Source of the DNA: a virus
Direction: 5' to 3' (one strand)
DNA: 64,000 nt
Virus record (IMG/VR): IMGVR_UViG_3300032326_000853
Span: 9,456-73,455 of that record
The stretch's first letter is position 1; every line of letters starts with the position of its first letter. Both the position numbers and the translations under genes were made by a program. Below the pieces are notes generated by a model, which did no database searches, was not told the DNA's origin, and saw only the letters and a program-made list of their open reading frames with translations. This document shows, piece after piece, positions 1-9,885 of this stretch.

Positions 1-1316
1 GCCCACAAGGCGCACAAGGCGTTGCTGGTCCAGTTGGTCCACAGGGCTTACAAGGACTAGCTGGTGCTACTGGCGCCCAGGGTGTAGCCGGACCAAAGGG
101 TGATACAGGTGAAGTTGGACCGCAAGGCGTAGCTGGTCCACAAGGTTTACAAGGACCCGCTGGCCCTAAAGGTGACACAGGTGCAGACAGTACTGTTCCA
201 GGTCCACAAGGCTTGCAAGGTATTCAGGGTCCTAAGGGCGACAAAGGTGACACAGGTGCAGACAGTACTGTTCCAGGTCCACAAGGTGCAACTGGCCCGC
301 AAGGTTTACAAGGTGTAGCTGGCCCGCAGGGTCCACAAGGTGTTCCGGGTCCAGCAGGCGCAACTGGTACAAGTTACAGCATTAATGGCGTAGCAGATGA
401 AGTTCAAGTTTATGGACTGTCAGCTACCACACAAGCCGGCTATGATCTAGAAGTTGATGTTGCTAATCGTGCAAACAAATTAACAACTGCTCGTAATATT
501 ACTTTAAGTGGTAAAGTAACTGGTTTGACAAGTTTTGACGGCAGTGGTAACGTTAACATGATAACTGCGTTAAACGGTGTAACTACTAGTGAAGTTGCTG
601 AAGGCACAAACAAATATTTCACTGATGCCAGATCACGTGCCGCATTAAGCGCAAGTACAGGTCTAAGCTATAACAGCACAACAGGTGTTATGGCATTAAA
701 TGCCAACAGTGATCAGATCACTGAAGGTTCCAACAACCTATACTTTACCAACAACAGATTTGACAACAGATTAGGTCAAAGTACATTAGCACAGTTTTCT
801 GACGTTTCTAACACAAGCCCAACAACAGGTCAAGCACTTGTATGGAACGGTAGTGCTTGGGCGCCAAGCACTGTAAGCGGTGGCGGAAGTGGTGGCTTAT
901 CAGGTGGTGGAAGTGGCGTATTCAAGGCAACGGCACAAGTTGACTATGATGCAAACGGTAACCTTACTAATGTAAGTATTCTCAACGGTGGCATCAGTGC
1001 AGTTATTACAACTGCTACTTCTACTACTGCCACTGTGACATTTACATTTACAGGTAGCACATGTACTCCATTAGGCATTCAAGTGTATGGTTATCAACGT
1101 GCAAACAACGTGTATGTTACTCGTGCCTTGGCCAGTGACTTCCCAACAAGAACTATTGCTGCCGGCGGCACAAGTGGTAGCCCAACAACATTTAATGCGT
1201 TTGATTCAAGTGCAAACACTATGACTATCAGCTTGACAAAAGCTGTTACGGGTGCCAATGCCGCAATTGGTCAAACAACACATTGCGTATTGCAATTTTT
1301 ATTGAGCTCAATTTAA
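1..1316 (+). CDS. Collagen-like tail fibre protein, 5'-partial. Gly-X-Y repeats run in from before the window, then phage tail-fibre repeats ('GSNNLYFT').
   Basis: Frame 3 translates from base 3 as [15 protein letters not shown]... with no stop, so the gene starts upstream of the window. The ORF-track start at 213 is only an internal TTG. C-terminal part has YFTDARSR...[13 protein letters not shown] fibre repeats. Confidence 0.7.
   Translation, partial: PQGAQGVAGPVGPQGLQGLAGATGAQGVAGPKGDTGEVGPQGVAGPQGLQGPAGPKGDTGADSTVPGPQGLQGIQGPKGDKGDTGADSTVPGPQGATGPQGLQGVAGPQGPQGVPGPAGATGTSYSINGVADEVQVYGLSATTQAGYDLEVDVANRANKLTTARNITLSGKVTGLTSFDGSGNVNMITALNGVTTSEVAEGTNKYFTDARSRAALSASTGLSYNSTTGVMALNANSDQITEGSNNLYFTNNRFDNRLGQSTLAQFSDVSNTSPTTGQALVWNGSAWAPSTVSGGGSGGLSGGGSGVFKATAQVDYDANGNLTNVSILNGGISAVITTATSTTATVTFTFTGSTCTPLGIQVYGYQRANNVYVTRALASDFPTRTIAAGGTSGSPTTFNAFDSSANTMTISLTKAVTGANAAIGQTTHCVLQFLLSSI
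168..284 (+). repeat. 43/44-bp near-perfect direct repeat within the collagen-like coding region
   Basis: aaggtgacacaggtgcagacagtactgttccaggtccacaagg at 168-211 and 241-284. Confidence 0.8.
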
Positions 1317-1324
1317 GGAATACA

Positions 1325-3310
1325 ATGACAATTCACGCATGGAAAACTAACTTTATTGGCTTAAACAAACCAGCAAAGGTAATGGCAGGAACTGCTAATT
1401 CATTTGTTGGTGTAGACTTATGGCCGTATGCTAATGGCGTGGATGATCCTTATTGGTCTGGTGGCCCTAACCCACAGTTTTATCGCTGGCGTGTTACATT
1501 TACAGTTAACGAGCGCCTACATGGCAGTCACTTGACTCGTACTCCATTTCGCTTTGATGCACAGGATATCGAAGTAGGTGACTTTGTTGCTGGCGCACAA
1601 GACGGCAAAGTATGTCAAATCATGAGTGTTGAGTCTAAGACCAACAGCGAAGTAGTTGCTATTGTAGAAGATAGACTACGTTATAATACATTCCGTGATC
1701 CAGCAGGCTTTGGCTTGTTTGCGGCACCTGGACAAGTTATTTTCTTCCAAATTAACGAACTTGGATATCCAATGTTGGATCCTGTTCCAGGTGAAGCGGC
1801 TGTAGACTTTGCCAGTAACGTGATGAGTCGCTTTCAGTATTTGAATCCGCTTATCAACTATTTGCTGGAAAAAGAAAACAACGGCTTTGAACAAGGCGAT
1901 GCAATTTGTATTGAAGATGAAGAATTTGTTCTAAGTGATGCTGATAACGTTAATAAGTTTATTGGTACAGTGGTACATCCAGGGCCCGGTCCACATCAAT
2001 TTATTCTACGTCCAGCCAACGGTGTTATTGATTTTGTGCCCAACTTACCGGGTATTGTAGGCGATTACATTTATCCAAGCATGGACGGCTCTGGTGATTT
2101 GACAACCAGTGACGCAAGTCGACGTCCAATTTACATGAAGGTTGCAGCCGCAATTACCAGTTCAACAACAGGTACCTCAGTGGACCCGACAGGTAATGAT
2201 GGTGATGTGGTTGAGTTTAATCGTGTACAAATGACCTTGAGCAGTGGCAATGGAACATATGACTTAGATGATGCTATTGCTACATTTAATGCTAACACTA
2301 ATCTACATCACATAACTGCAATTAAAGTTGGCGCAGCCAACATTGTTGAATCTGATGTTGCCGCAATTGGCAGTGCATACGGCATTGTTGCTGGTTACAG
2401 TCCTTTTAGTGCCACTATCAATGGTGAGCTTGTAACATTTACTACAACAACTAGTGGTAGTGTTGCCTACGGCGATCCAGCAATTGCTGATGTAAACGAC
2501 ATGGTAATAGATATTAATCAAGCTGCCATCCCTGATATTGTTGCAAGCGTTTCCAATGGTAGCAACTTGCAATTAACAAATACTGCTGGTCAGAATATTG
2601 TTATTGTTAACGTAACACCTGATGCCAACGGCAACAACTTTGCTGGCCCGGGATCTATATCAAGTTTACCGTTGCTGACTGTAGCAAGTGGTACAACATA
2701 TACTCTAAGACTAGAAAGACAAGATGGCGGTCCAATTACAATACGTGACATTCAAGGATCGTTCCTAAGTGACGTAGGTGTAATGAGCGGGCAAACTGGT
2801 CGTTATGCCTTGGGCTTAAACATTGAACAAGGCTTACGTTCAAGTACAACAACAGTAGTACCTGACCTAGGTGCTCGTGAAGCATTGTACGCACTTGTTG
2901 GCGATCAAGCACATGTGTTAGACGACGGCAATGGTGAATGGGCGTTGTTCTTATTCAACGGCGTTGACTGGATCAAGATTGGCGGGGAACGAAGCGTTGC
3001 TGTTGATGCACGAACAATTGAACGAGCAATTGCATTGCCTAGCACAACCACTACAATTGGCACAGTAAGCGAAGATCGTAGAATCTTAAACGTATCAGTA
3101 ACTGTACTACAAGACTTGGTTGGTGCACCAGACTTTGCTGTCAATGTTGGCAGCAATACTGTTTGGCAGTTCAGTCAGCATGGTTCAAGTAAAGCAGGTA
3201 CATACACAGTAGATACAGATTTAATTACTGCAATTCGAGAAGATGTAGTTGTTAACATACCAAGCAGTACTGCTACAGGCAATATTAGAGTTGAGGTATC
3301 ATACATATAA
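1325..3310 (+). CDS. Hypothetical structural (tail/fibre-associated) protein
   Basis: Long ORF with AAGGAA RBS before the ATG at 1325. Lies between two fibre genes. Ser/Thr/Gly/Asn-rich beta-type composition. No recognisable catalytic motif. Confidence 0.4.
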   Translation: MTIHAWKTNFIGLNKPAKVMAGTANSFVGVDLWPYANGVDDPYWSGGPNPQFYRWRVTFTVNERLHGSHLTRTPFRFDAQDIEVGDFVAGAQDGKVCQIMSVESKTNSEVVAIVEDRLRYNTFRDPAGFGLFAAPGQVIFFQINELGYPMLDPVPGEAAVDFASNVMSRFQYLNPLINYLLEKENNGFEQGDAICIEDEEFVLSDADNVNKFIGTVVHPGPGPHQFILRPANGVIDFVPNLPGIVGDYIYPSMDGSGDLTTSDASRRPIYMKVAAAITSSTTGTSVDPTGNDGDVVEFNRVQMTLSSGNGTYDLDDAIATFNANTNLHHITAIKVGAANIVESDVAAIGSAYGIVAGYSPFSATINGELVTFTTTTSGSVAYGDPAIADVNDMVIDINQAAIPDIVASVSNGSNLQLTNTAGQNIVIVNVTPDANGNNFAGPGSISSLPLLTVASGTTYTLRLERQDGGPITIRDIQGSFLSDVGVMSGQTGRYALGLNIEQGLRSSTTTVVPDLGAREALYALVGDQAHVLDDGNGEWALFLFNGVDWIKIGGERSVAVDARTIERAIALPSTTTTIGTVSEDRRILNVSVTVLQDLVGAPDFAVNVGSNTVWQFSQHGSSKAGTYTVDTDLITAIREDVVVNIPSSTATGNIRVEVSYI

Positions 3311-3687
3311 TGAAAACATATAATAACGCCGCAGGAACTACATCAAGTGATTTTGCATTAGGTCAAGGAACCGGCCACGAAGTTCGTCAGTACACATTGA
3401 GCCGTACTGATGCTGGTATTGCAACAGACAGAACTGGCAGTCAAATTACTATTGCTGGTGTAGAATTTTATGATGCCAAGGTGCTGGCCAAGAGCACAGG
3501 TGGCATTGTCGCGAAACAACTACGCGGCACTGTAAACGGAACAACAGTTACTCGAATTGAGGATGTTTTTCAAGAAGATATTGTGGCAGATGTCAATGTA
3601 ACATCTGATGGCACAACACTAAGCGTAAATTGTACAGGCACAGGAAACTTTACAATTTATATAACACTAACAAGGGTAGCTGAATAA
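3310..3687 (+). CDS. Hypothetical small structural protein
   Basis: ORF overlapping neighbours by ATGA/TAATG. Thr/Gly-rich. Confidence 0.35.
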   Translation: MKTYNNAAGTTSSDFALGQGTGHEVRQYTLSRTDAGIATDRTGSQITIAGVEFYDAKVLAKSTGGIVAKQLRGTVNGTTVTRIEDVFQEDIVADVNVTSDGTTLSVNCTGTGNFTIYITLTRVAE

Positions 3688-5786
3688 TGGCACAAGAATA
3701 TGTTAAAATTTCCGAGCTAGATCCTACAACTAGCTTTGGTACCGCAGATCAATTTGTAATTGTACAAGATGAAGAAACTGTAAAAATTGATGGGGCGTCA
3801 TTGGTTGAAAGCCTGGCTACACTAACAAACTTAGCAACACGTTCATATGTTGATGCAGTTGTTGACTCGGCACCAGGTACACTAGACACATTGCGAGAAT
3901 TGGCAGCGGCATTAAATGATAATGAAAACTTTGGTGCCACCATCACAAACTTGATCAATGAAAAGCTACCTACCAGCAACTTTGGTTTAGAATTTTGGAA
4001 TCAACTTGCAACAGTAAACACCTATCACATTCAAGAGGGCAGTAACTTATACTGGACGCAAGAAAGATTTGATGCGGCATTAGCGTCAAAGAACACATAC
4101 CATCTAGTAGAAGGTAGCAATTTATATTTTACAGAACAGCGTGTTCTTGATGTTGTAACACCGCTTATTCCAAATAGTATTTTTGATTTAGGTGTCCCAG
4201 ACGTTGGTACGCCCGAAAACATTCCTGGATATCTTTATTACAATGGCAACAGCCTAAGTTGGCAACCAGGCGGTAGCTACTCACTGCCAACTGCATCAAC
4301 ATCTGTACTTGGTGGTGTTAAAGTTGATGGCAATACTATTGTAATTGATAGCTATGGTACAATTACTGCTGTAGCTGGTGGCGAGATGAGTCCAGATCCA
4401 GTATTCAACTCAGTAACCGCAACACAATTAAATGTTCAAAATGTAACATTTACAGGCACAGGCGCCGTAAACATTTTTAGTGGCAATGATTTAAACTTGT
4501 CAGCAGTGGGTAATGTTACAGTCAACGGACAGAATTTTGTTGCATTCAGTGGCAACTACAATGATCTAATAGACAAGCCAACAAATCCAACATACAACTC
4601 AGTTATTGTTTCTGGTCCTATAACAAATCCAAGTCACGCAACAACCAAAGCCTATGTTGATTGGAAAGTAAGTTCCATACCTACTCCATCATGGAACAAC
4701 ATAGCCAATATTAGCAATCAATTTGGTCCAACACGAATTGCACTTGGTCGTAATGCAGGTGGCGCTACTGATGCTGATGGTTATGGTGGCTACGGAGCCT
4801 ACGGTGGTGGCAGTAGTCCATACGCCGTTGCTATTGGTAATAGCTCAGGTAAAACAAATCAAGGTGGTGCGGCAGTTGCAGTTGGTGTTGCTACTGGCTA
4901 CACTGACCAAGGAGAAAATGCAGTTGCCATTGGCTTTACAGCTGGTAACGAGTATCAAGGCACTGCGGCAGTTGCAGTTGGTCCAAATGCAGGTAAGATA
5001 TATCAAGGTGTAAATGCTGTGGCAGTTGGTAACCTAGCAGGCTATTCAAGTCAAGGTACAAACGCAATTGCTATTGGTAGCATGGCTGGCAAAACAAATC
5101 AACCAGCTGGCTCCATTGTAATCAACGCAAGCGAAAATGAATTAAATGGTAGTGTTGCTGGATTGTATATTGATCCAATCAGAAGTGCAGATGCAACAGA
5201 TTATGTAGCTTACTACAACCCAACAACAAAAGAAGTAACATACGGACTAGCGCCTACAGGCGGCGGCGCAATGAGCCCAGATCCTATTTTTAATAGTGTA
5301 ACAGCCACAGACTTAAATGTTCAAAATGTAACATTTACCGGAACTGGTGCAGTTACAATTAACAGTAACAATGACTTAAACTTGGTAGCGGCTGGCACAA
5401 TTAAATTTAACGGTAGTGAGATTGTAGAAAAAACTACAGGGTCTTGGACACTGGCAGCTGGTGCTAACACAGTAAGTCTTACAGTACCGGGGCCAGGCAC
5501 TTACTCGATATGGGTCAATGGTAACATTCCTAATGGTATTGTTACATATACAGCCACAGTGGTGGTTACAAATAATAATGTACCAGTAGTTGGTAGCAGT
5601 TATGGATGGTATTATGCGGCAGGCAATGCGCTAGTGCTTACAGCAATACCTAATCAAGTTGTTGGATCTCCAAATACTATTAGTACCGCTGTGGTCTCTA
5701 CTATAACTGCCAATGTGTTTACCTTTGGCATTACCAACAACAGTGGCGCTAGTCAAGTGGTCAACTGGGGTTATAGCAAACTCTAA
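3687..5786 (+). CDS. Tail fibre protein with phage fibre repeats and an internal duplication
   Basis: Repeats 'YHIQEGSNLYWTQERF' and 'YHLVEGSNLYFTEQRV'. About six repeats of 'NAVAIG..AG...QG..AVAVG'. Duplicated segment GG(E/A)MSPDP(V/I)FNSVTAT.LNVQNVTFTGTGAV. Confidence 0.7.
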   Translation: MAQEYVKISELDPTTSFGTADQFVIVQDEETVKIDGASLVESLATLTNLATRSYVDAVVDSAPGTLDTLRELAAALNDNENFGATITNLINEKLPTSNFGLEFWNQLATVNTYHIQEGSNLYWTQERFDAALASKNTYHLVEGSNLYFTEQRVLDVVTPLIPNSIFDLGVPDVGTPENIPGYLYYNGNSLSWQPGGSYSLPTASTSVLGGVKVDGNTIVIDSYGTITAVAGGEMSPDPVFNSVTATQLNVQNVTFTGTGAVNIFSGNDLNLSAVGNVTVNGQNFVAFSGNYNDLIDKPTNPTYNSVIVSGPITNPSHATTKAYVDWKVSSIPTPSWNNIANISNQFGPTRIALGRNAGGATDADGYGGYGAYGGGSSPYAVAIGNSSGKTNQGGAAVAVGVATGYTDQGENAVAIGFTAGNEYQGTAAVAVGPNAGKIYQGVNAVAVGNLAGYSSQGTNAIAIGSMAGKTNQPAGSIVINASENELNGSVAGLYIDPIRSADATDYVAYYNPTTKEVTYGLAPTGGGAMSPDPIFNSVTATDLNVQNVTFTGTGAVTINSNNDLNLVAAGTIKFNGSEIVEKTTGSWTLAAGANTVSLTVPGPGTYSIWVNGNIPNGIVTYTATVVVTNNNVPVVGSSYGWYYAAGNALVLTAIPNQVVGSPNTISTAVVSTITANVFTFGITNNSGASQVVNWGYSKL

Positions 5787-5807
5787 TCTAAAAATAAGGA
5801 ATAACAA

Positions 5808-7328
5808 ATGGAATACATTGTAACAGTTAAAGACCCATTAGTGTGGGATACACTTTGGAGTGAGTTAACAGTCAACGGATTAGGCGACAACTTTATCCCG
5901 GATCGCGCAGTACCTGTAATTAACGAGCGTCCTTTTAATGACTACTCAGCACACTTTGATTTGACCGACGAAGAAGCTGAACAACTGCGCCAGGACTCGC
6001 GTATCGCCGCAGTAGAGCTACAAGCTGATCAACAGCCTGGCGTTGAAAAACGATTCTATGGTCAGCGTCCCGGCAATTACGATCGCAATCCTTATTCAAC
6101 TACAGCGTCAATGAAGAACTGGGGGCTAATGCGTTGCACCCATAGAGACGATCCATATGGTGTCCAAACCAGTCTCAACACCAACTTTAACTACAACTTG
6201 GATGGCACAGGTGTAGATATTATTTTCCTTGATTCAGGAATCGAAGCTGATCATCCAGAGTTTGCTGTTAACCCTGATGGTACAGGCGGTAGCCGTGTAA
6301 TTGATTTTAACTGGCACAGCTTAGGTGTTCCTGGCGTACAACCTTCTTCATATTATGGTGGCTACTTGGGCGACAGCGACGGTCATGGCAGTAACTGTGC
6401 TTCAATTGCCGCAGGAAATACTTGCGGTTGGGCACCAAGCGCCCGCATCTACTCTATTAGAATTTTTGGGGGAAACAGTATTCGTACTGGTCAATATTTG
6501 AACGCTATCCCTTCTGACTTTGCGTTTGATTTAGTTCGTGCATTTCATTTAAAGAAGATTGCCGAAGGCAATACTCGTCCTACAATTTGCTCTAACTCAT
6601 GGGGCTACTATTCTAGCTATTCTGGTATGACGTCAACTACCTATCGTGGACAAACATATCCGACTAGTTCTTTTAACAGCAATTACGGACAAGTAACGTC
6701 TATACATGGTGCTCGAATAACATACGTTGACTCTTCTGTTGAAAACTGTGGGGCCGCCGGTGTTATACTTGTAGGTGCGGCCGGAAACTATCGACACAAA
6801 ATTGATGTACCTGGCGGCATTGACTACAACAACTACTGGTCGGGCTCATGGGGTCAAACTTACTATCACAGGGGCTCAAGTCCAACAGCAACACCTTGCA
6901 TGATCAATGTGGGTGCAACTGACAGCATCTTAACAAATCCACCAATTGAACGTAAGGCTTACTTTAGTGAGACTGGGCCACGAGTTGATGTGTATGCCCC
7001 TGGTACAATGATCATGGGTGCCTATGCCAATAAGCCGTATCAAACCATGGCTGTACCCGATCCACGCAAGGCTGGCTATTACCTTAATAAACTTTCAGGA
7101 ACCAGTATGGCCTGTCCACAGGTGTCAGGCTACATTGCATGTTTGTTACAACTGCGTCCAGGCTCAACAGTCAACAACATCAAGACGTTTATTGCTGAAA
7201 CTAGCAACAAAAACAAATTAGACGAAGGTGCTCTAAGTTGGACTAACTTGTACAGTTTACAAGGTGGTGTTAACAATTACCTTTACACACCGTTTACTAA
7301 TCCAAGTCGTGGTAGCATAACAAGTTAA
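5808..7328 (+). CDS. Subtilisin-like serine protease (peptidase S8)
   Basis: Catalytic triad motifs in order: FLDSGIEADHPEF (Asp), DGHGSNCASIAAG (His), LSGTSMACPQVSGY (Ser). Confidence 0.8.
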   Translation: MEYIVTVKDPLVWDTLWSELTVNGLGDNFIPDRAVPVINERPFNDYSAHFDLTDEEAEQLRQDSRIAAVELQADQQPGVEKRFYGQRPGNYDRNPYSTTASMKNWGLMRCTHRDDPYGVQTSLNTNFNYNLDGTGVDIIFLDSGIEADHPEFAVNPDGTGGSRVIDFNWHSLGVPGVQPSSYYGGYLGDSDGHGSNCASIAAGNTCGWAPSARIYSIRIFGGNSIRTGQYLNAIPSDFAFDLVRAFHLKKIAEGNTRPTICSNSWGYYSSYSGMTSTTYRGQTYPTSSFNSNYGQVTSIHGARITYVDSSVENCGAAGVILVGAAGNYRHKIDVPGGIDYNNYWSGSWGQTYYHRGSSPTATPCMINVGATDSILTNPPIERKAYFSETGPRVDVYAPGTMIMGAYANKPYQTMAVPDPRKAGYYLNKLSGTSMACPQVSGYIACLLQLRPGSTVNNIKTFIAETSNKNKLDEGALSWTNLYSLQGGVNNYLYTPFTNPSRGSITS

Positions 7329-7331
7329 TGT

Positions 7332-8189
7332 TTGCTGGTAAGTACAACGATGACACCTTTGACACCTTACCAGCAACGTTACGGTCTTCCCGTTCCAACT
7401 CCTGAAGCAACAGCCAATGGATTTATAACGAATCTTTTAAAAAGAACTTCGTGTCGTAAGTTCCAGAATAGACCACTTGAACCAGGAGTGCTAGAATTAT
7501 TAATCGCTGCCGCACAAAGCGCACCTACCAGTGGTATGTTGCAAACATGGAGTGTAATTGCATTAACGACTCCCGAAGAAAAAGCCAAGCTGTTCAATTT
7601 TAAGAACAATGATCTAGTCATTGGCAATATTGATAGTCACAACACTGTTGCAATCAATTCATCGTCGGTGACTCTGATCTGGCTTGCTGACTTATCTAGA
7701 TTAGATCTAGTATTAAAAAACGTTGAAGCGTCTGACAAAATAAAAGCACAAGTTACGCGAGCAGAATATCATCTTAAAGCAATAATTGATGCAACTATTG
7801 CGGCACAAACCTTCTTTATGGCTGCAGAGACCATGGGCATCGAAGGTACATACTGTGGAGCAATAAGACAACTTCCAATAGAATTTTTTGAGCGTGAGTT
7901 TAATTTACCAAAGTATACATTTCCAGTATTTGGAACAGTACACGGGTATTCGGATAATGCAAAAACTATTGTTAAACCAAGACTACCATCAGAAATTGTA
8001 CTACATCATGGTACATACAATAAAATGGAAGACCTGAGTCAGCTCGATGAATACAACAAAGTACACACACAGAGATCAAAACCTGATCAAGGCACGTTCG
8101 AAAAGCGAGTAGTTGAAAGATTGAGACCAACTCTAAGTAAAGAAAGTGTAGGTGACGCATTGCGCCACATGGGCTTTGACTTTAAATAA
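7332..8189 (+). CDS. Oxygen-insensitive NADPH nitroreductase, NfsA-like
   Basis: LLKRTSCRKF N-terminal motif. The C-terminal stretch 'LPKYTFPVFGTVHGYSDNAKTIVKPRLPSEIVLHHGTY' aligns with NfsA 'LPQHVLPLFGLCLGWPADNPDLKPRLPASILVHENSY'. Confidence 0.75.
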   Translation: MLVSTTMTPLTPYQQRYGLPVPTPEATANGFITNLLKRTSCRKFQNRPLEPGVLELLIAAAQSAPTSGMLQTWSVIALTTPEEKAKLFNFKNNDLVIGNIDSHNTVAINSSSVTLIWLADLSRLDLVLKNVEASDKIKAQVTRAEYHLKAIIDATIAAQTFFMAAETMGIEGTYCGAIRQLPIEFFEREFNLPKYTFPVFGTVHGYSDNAKTIVKPRLPSEIVLHHGTYNKMEDLSQLDEYNKVHTQRSKPDQGTFEKRVVERLRPTLSKESVGDALRHMGFDFK

Positions 8190-8198
8190 GGAATTATA

Positions 8199-8564
8199 AT
8201 GGAAACGCAAGAACCAAAACACTTCATACGCTTCTGTGTTGAACGAGAATTAACTGATAGCGAATTTGAAGACATGACTGAAATTGTTGACGATGAAATC
8301 GGTGATTTAGTTGCCGCTGACGAAGTATTTGAGCATCCTGGACCAGATGACACAATTTGCTATATGTTTCAATTGACTCGCGACATAGACGTTACAGATG
8401 GTGACATTGTGAGTTATGAAATATCAAACGCCTGGCCCGAATCTTTACAGTGGGAATTGGAAGCAAGTCATTCAGATCTAGACCTAGACGTTGCTGATGA
8501 TGCAACACCCGAGCAGGTTGAAGAAGCTGCCATCAATTACTTTCGCAATATCCTTAAAGGGTAA
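8199..8564 (+). CDS. Hypothetical acidic protein
   Basis: ORF with RBS. Asp/Glu-rich. Confidence 0.35.
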   Translation: METQEPKHFIRFCVERELTDSEFEDMTEIVDDEIGDLVAADEVFEHPGPDDTICYMFQLTRDIDVTDGDIVSYEISNAWPESLQWELEASHSDLDLDVADDATPEQVEEAAINYFRNILKG

Positions 8565-9022
8565 TGAAGTACACGCCTGCATCATTGCGCTTGTTGGGCT
8601 ACACAAGGCGGAGTTCGCACTGGCAAGACTTTGTGACCAAGACCATGGCAACATGGTACAGGTTCAGTCCAGATCACTCTGTTAGCCATTTTGCTTGGGT
8701 CAATAATCCGCACCATAGAAACACACAAGGCACTACCCATGGCGGCGCACTAATGACCTACATGGACTATTGTATGAGCGCACATGTGTGGGACTTGTCA
8801 GGGGGCAAGGCTGCATACACCATGGAGTTAAACAATAGGTTCATTCGTCCTGCACGTATCACACGTTGGCTCTTTGCTGAAGTTCGACACGTTATGGTTG
8901 CAGATGTAATTGAACTAGCAGGCACAGTGAGAGCCAATGATCCAACTGGTATGCTGGTGTTAGAAAGTTTTGGGCGTTTTACTTTGCCAAAAGAGTTAAA
9001 AATCATTGACGACGACGAATAA
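8564..9022 (+). CDS. Hotdog-fold thioesterase (PaaI / 4HBT-like)
   Basis: 'THGGALMTYMDY' matches the HGG motif of PaaI-type thioesterases. Size about 150 aa. Confidence 0.55.
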   Translation: MKYTPASLRLLGYTRRSSHWQDFVTKTMATWYRFSPDHSVSHFAWVNNPHHRNTQGTTHGGALMTYMDYCMSAHVWDLSGGKAAYTMELNNRFIRPARITRWLFAEVRHVMVADVIELAGTVRANDPTGMLVLESFGRFTLPKELKIIDDDE

Positions 9023-9034
9023 GAGTGCTATACT
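9006..9034 (+). promoter_or_regulatory. Sigma70-type promoter TTGACG-17-TATACT (extended TGcTATACT)
   Basis: ttgacg at 9006-9011, 17-bp spacer, tatact at 9029-9034. Upstream of the gene at 9070. Confidence 0.5.
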
Positions 9035-9069
9035 AGTCACATACGCTAACAACAGCAACAAGGAATAAT

Positions 9070-9648
9070 ATGAAAATCAATCTACGCAAGGCCAGTGTGG
9101 TCCAGCAAACAATCTTAGACGAAATCAAGCGCCTAGGTACCGAGAGCAACACTCTCAAAGTGAGTCTATTTGAAACAGACATTGAAGCCAGACTCAACGA
9201 GCAATTGGCTCGGGTCCGTGAGAACCATGGCAAAGCAGGTAGACTGTTGAATGCAAACAAGTTCTTGCGAGCAGTTGTGGCCAAAAAGAACGCCGAAGTT
9301 GGTATCACTGACTACTTGGCTGAAGAAGCAATGTTGGCCAGTGCAGAAGCTCGCTTGAAAGCATTTAGCGAAGCCGAAGTTCGTCCAAACCTAGATGCCT
9401 TAAAGGCCGAAATCGAAAGCCGCAAAGCCAACAGCAACAGCGAACGCATGAGCATTTACGGTCGAGACTACAGCGTTGATGTCAATGTTGTACCTGTAGA
9501 GGCTGTAGAAACAGCCAAGAAAGAGCTCGAAGGCATCCGCAAGCGTCGACGCAAGATCAAGGACGAGATGGTCTCCATCAACGTTCGTACCGAGTTTGAA
9601 GTACCCGAACAGGTAGCACTTGTGCTAACTGAACTTGGGCTAGACTAA
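9070..9648 (+). CDS. Hypothetical coiled-coil protein
   Basis: AAGGAA RBS. Charged alpha-helical composition. Confidence 0.4.
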   Translation: MKINLRKASVVQQTILDEIKRLGTESNTLKVSLFETDIEARLNEQLARVRENHGKAGRLLNANKFLRAVVAKKNAEVGITDYLAEEAMLASAEARLKAFSEAEVRPNLDALKAEIESRKANSNSERMSIYGRDYSVDVNVVPVEAVETAKKELEGIRKRRRKIKDEMVSINVRTEFEVPEQVALVLTELGLD

Positions 9649-9744
9649 GACTGCCACACTTAGTCCAAGGGACCAAGGCGAAAATACATTATCGCGTTTG
9701 CGATAAACAATACTGAATTAGTCTTGAAAACTAACTCAACTAGC

Positions 9745-9797
9745 TTTGCTCAGATATAAAACAATTAAATTGATGTTTGATGATATATCTGAGCAAA
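9745..9797. promoter_or_regulatory. 13-bp perfect inverted repeat (TTTGCTCAGATAT ... ATATCTGAGCAAA) in a 180-bp intergenic region
   Basis: Arms at 9745-9757 and 9785-9797. Also a smaller hairpin TTATCGC/GCGATAA at about 9689-9708. Lies between operons. Confidence 0.5.
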
Positions 9798-9885
9798 AAG
9801 CGTATGTTTGATTTTAGATATTTGACGTTTGCTATTTGACTATTTTCGTTTCCCTTGCTTCGTGGCAATACTAAATATCTGTATG

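Noticed and set aside
1-1316. Possibility that the GGTCCACAAGG... periodic repeats are a CRISPR array or satellite
   Set aside because: The periodicity is 9 bp Gly-X-Y codons in an open reading frame continuous with a fibre C-terminal domain. There are no repeat-spacer units.
4723-5013. 96-aa plus-strand ORF in an alternative frame inside the tail-fibre gene
   Set aside because: Lies wholly within the repeat-rich fibre CDS. Translation is Leu/Val/Gln low-complexity typical of off-frame reading of GC-patterned repeats. No RBS.
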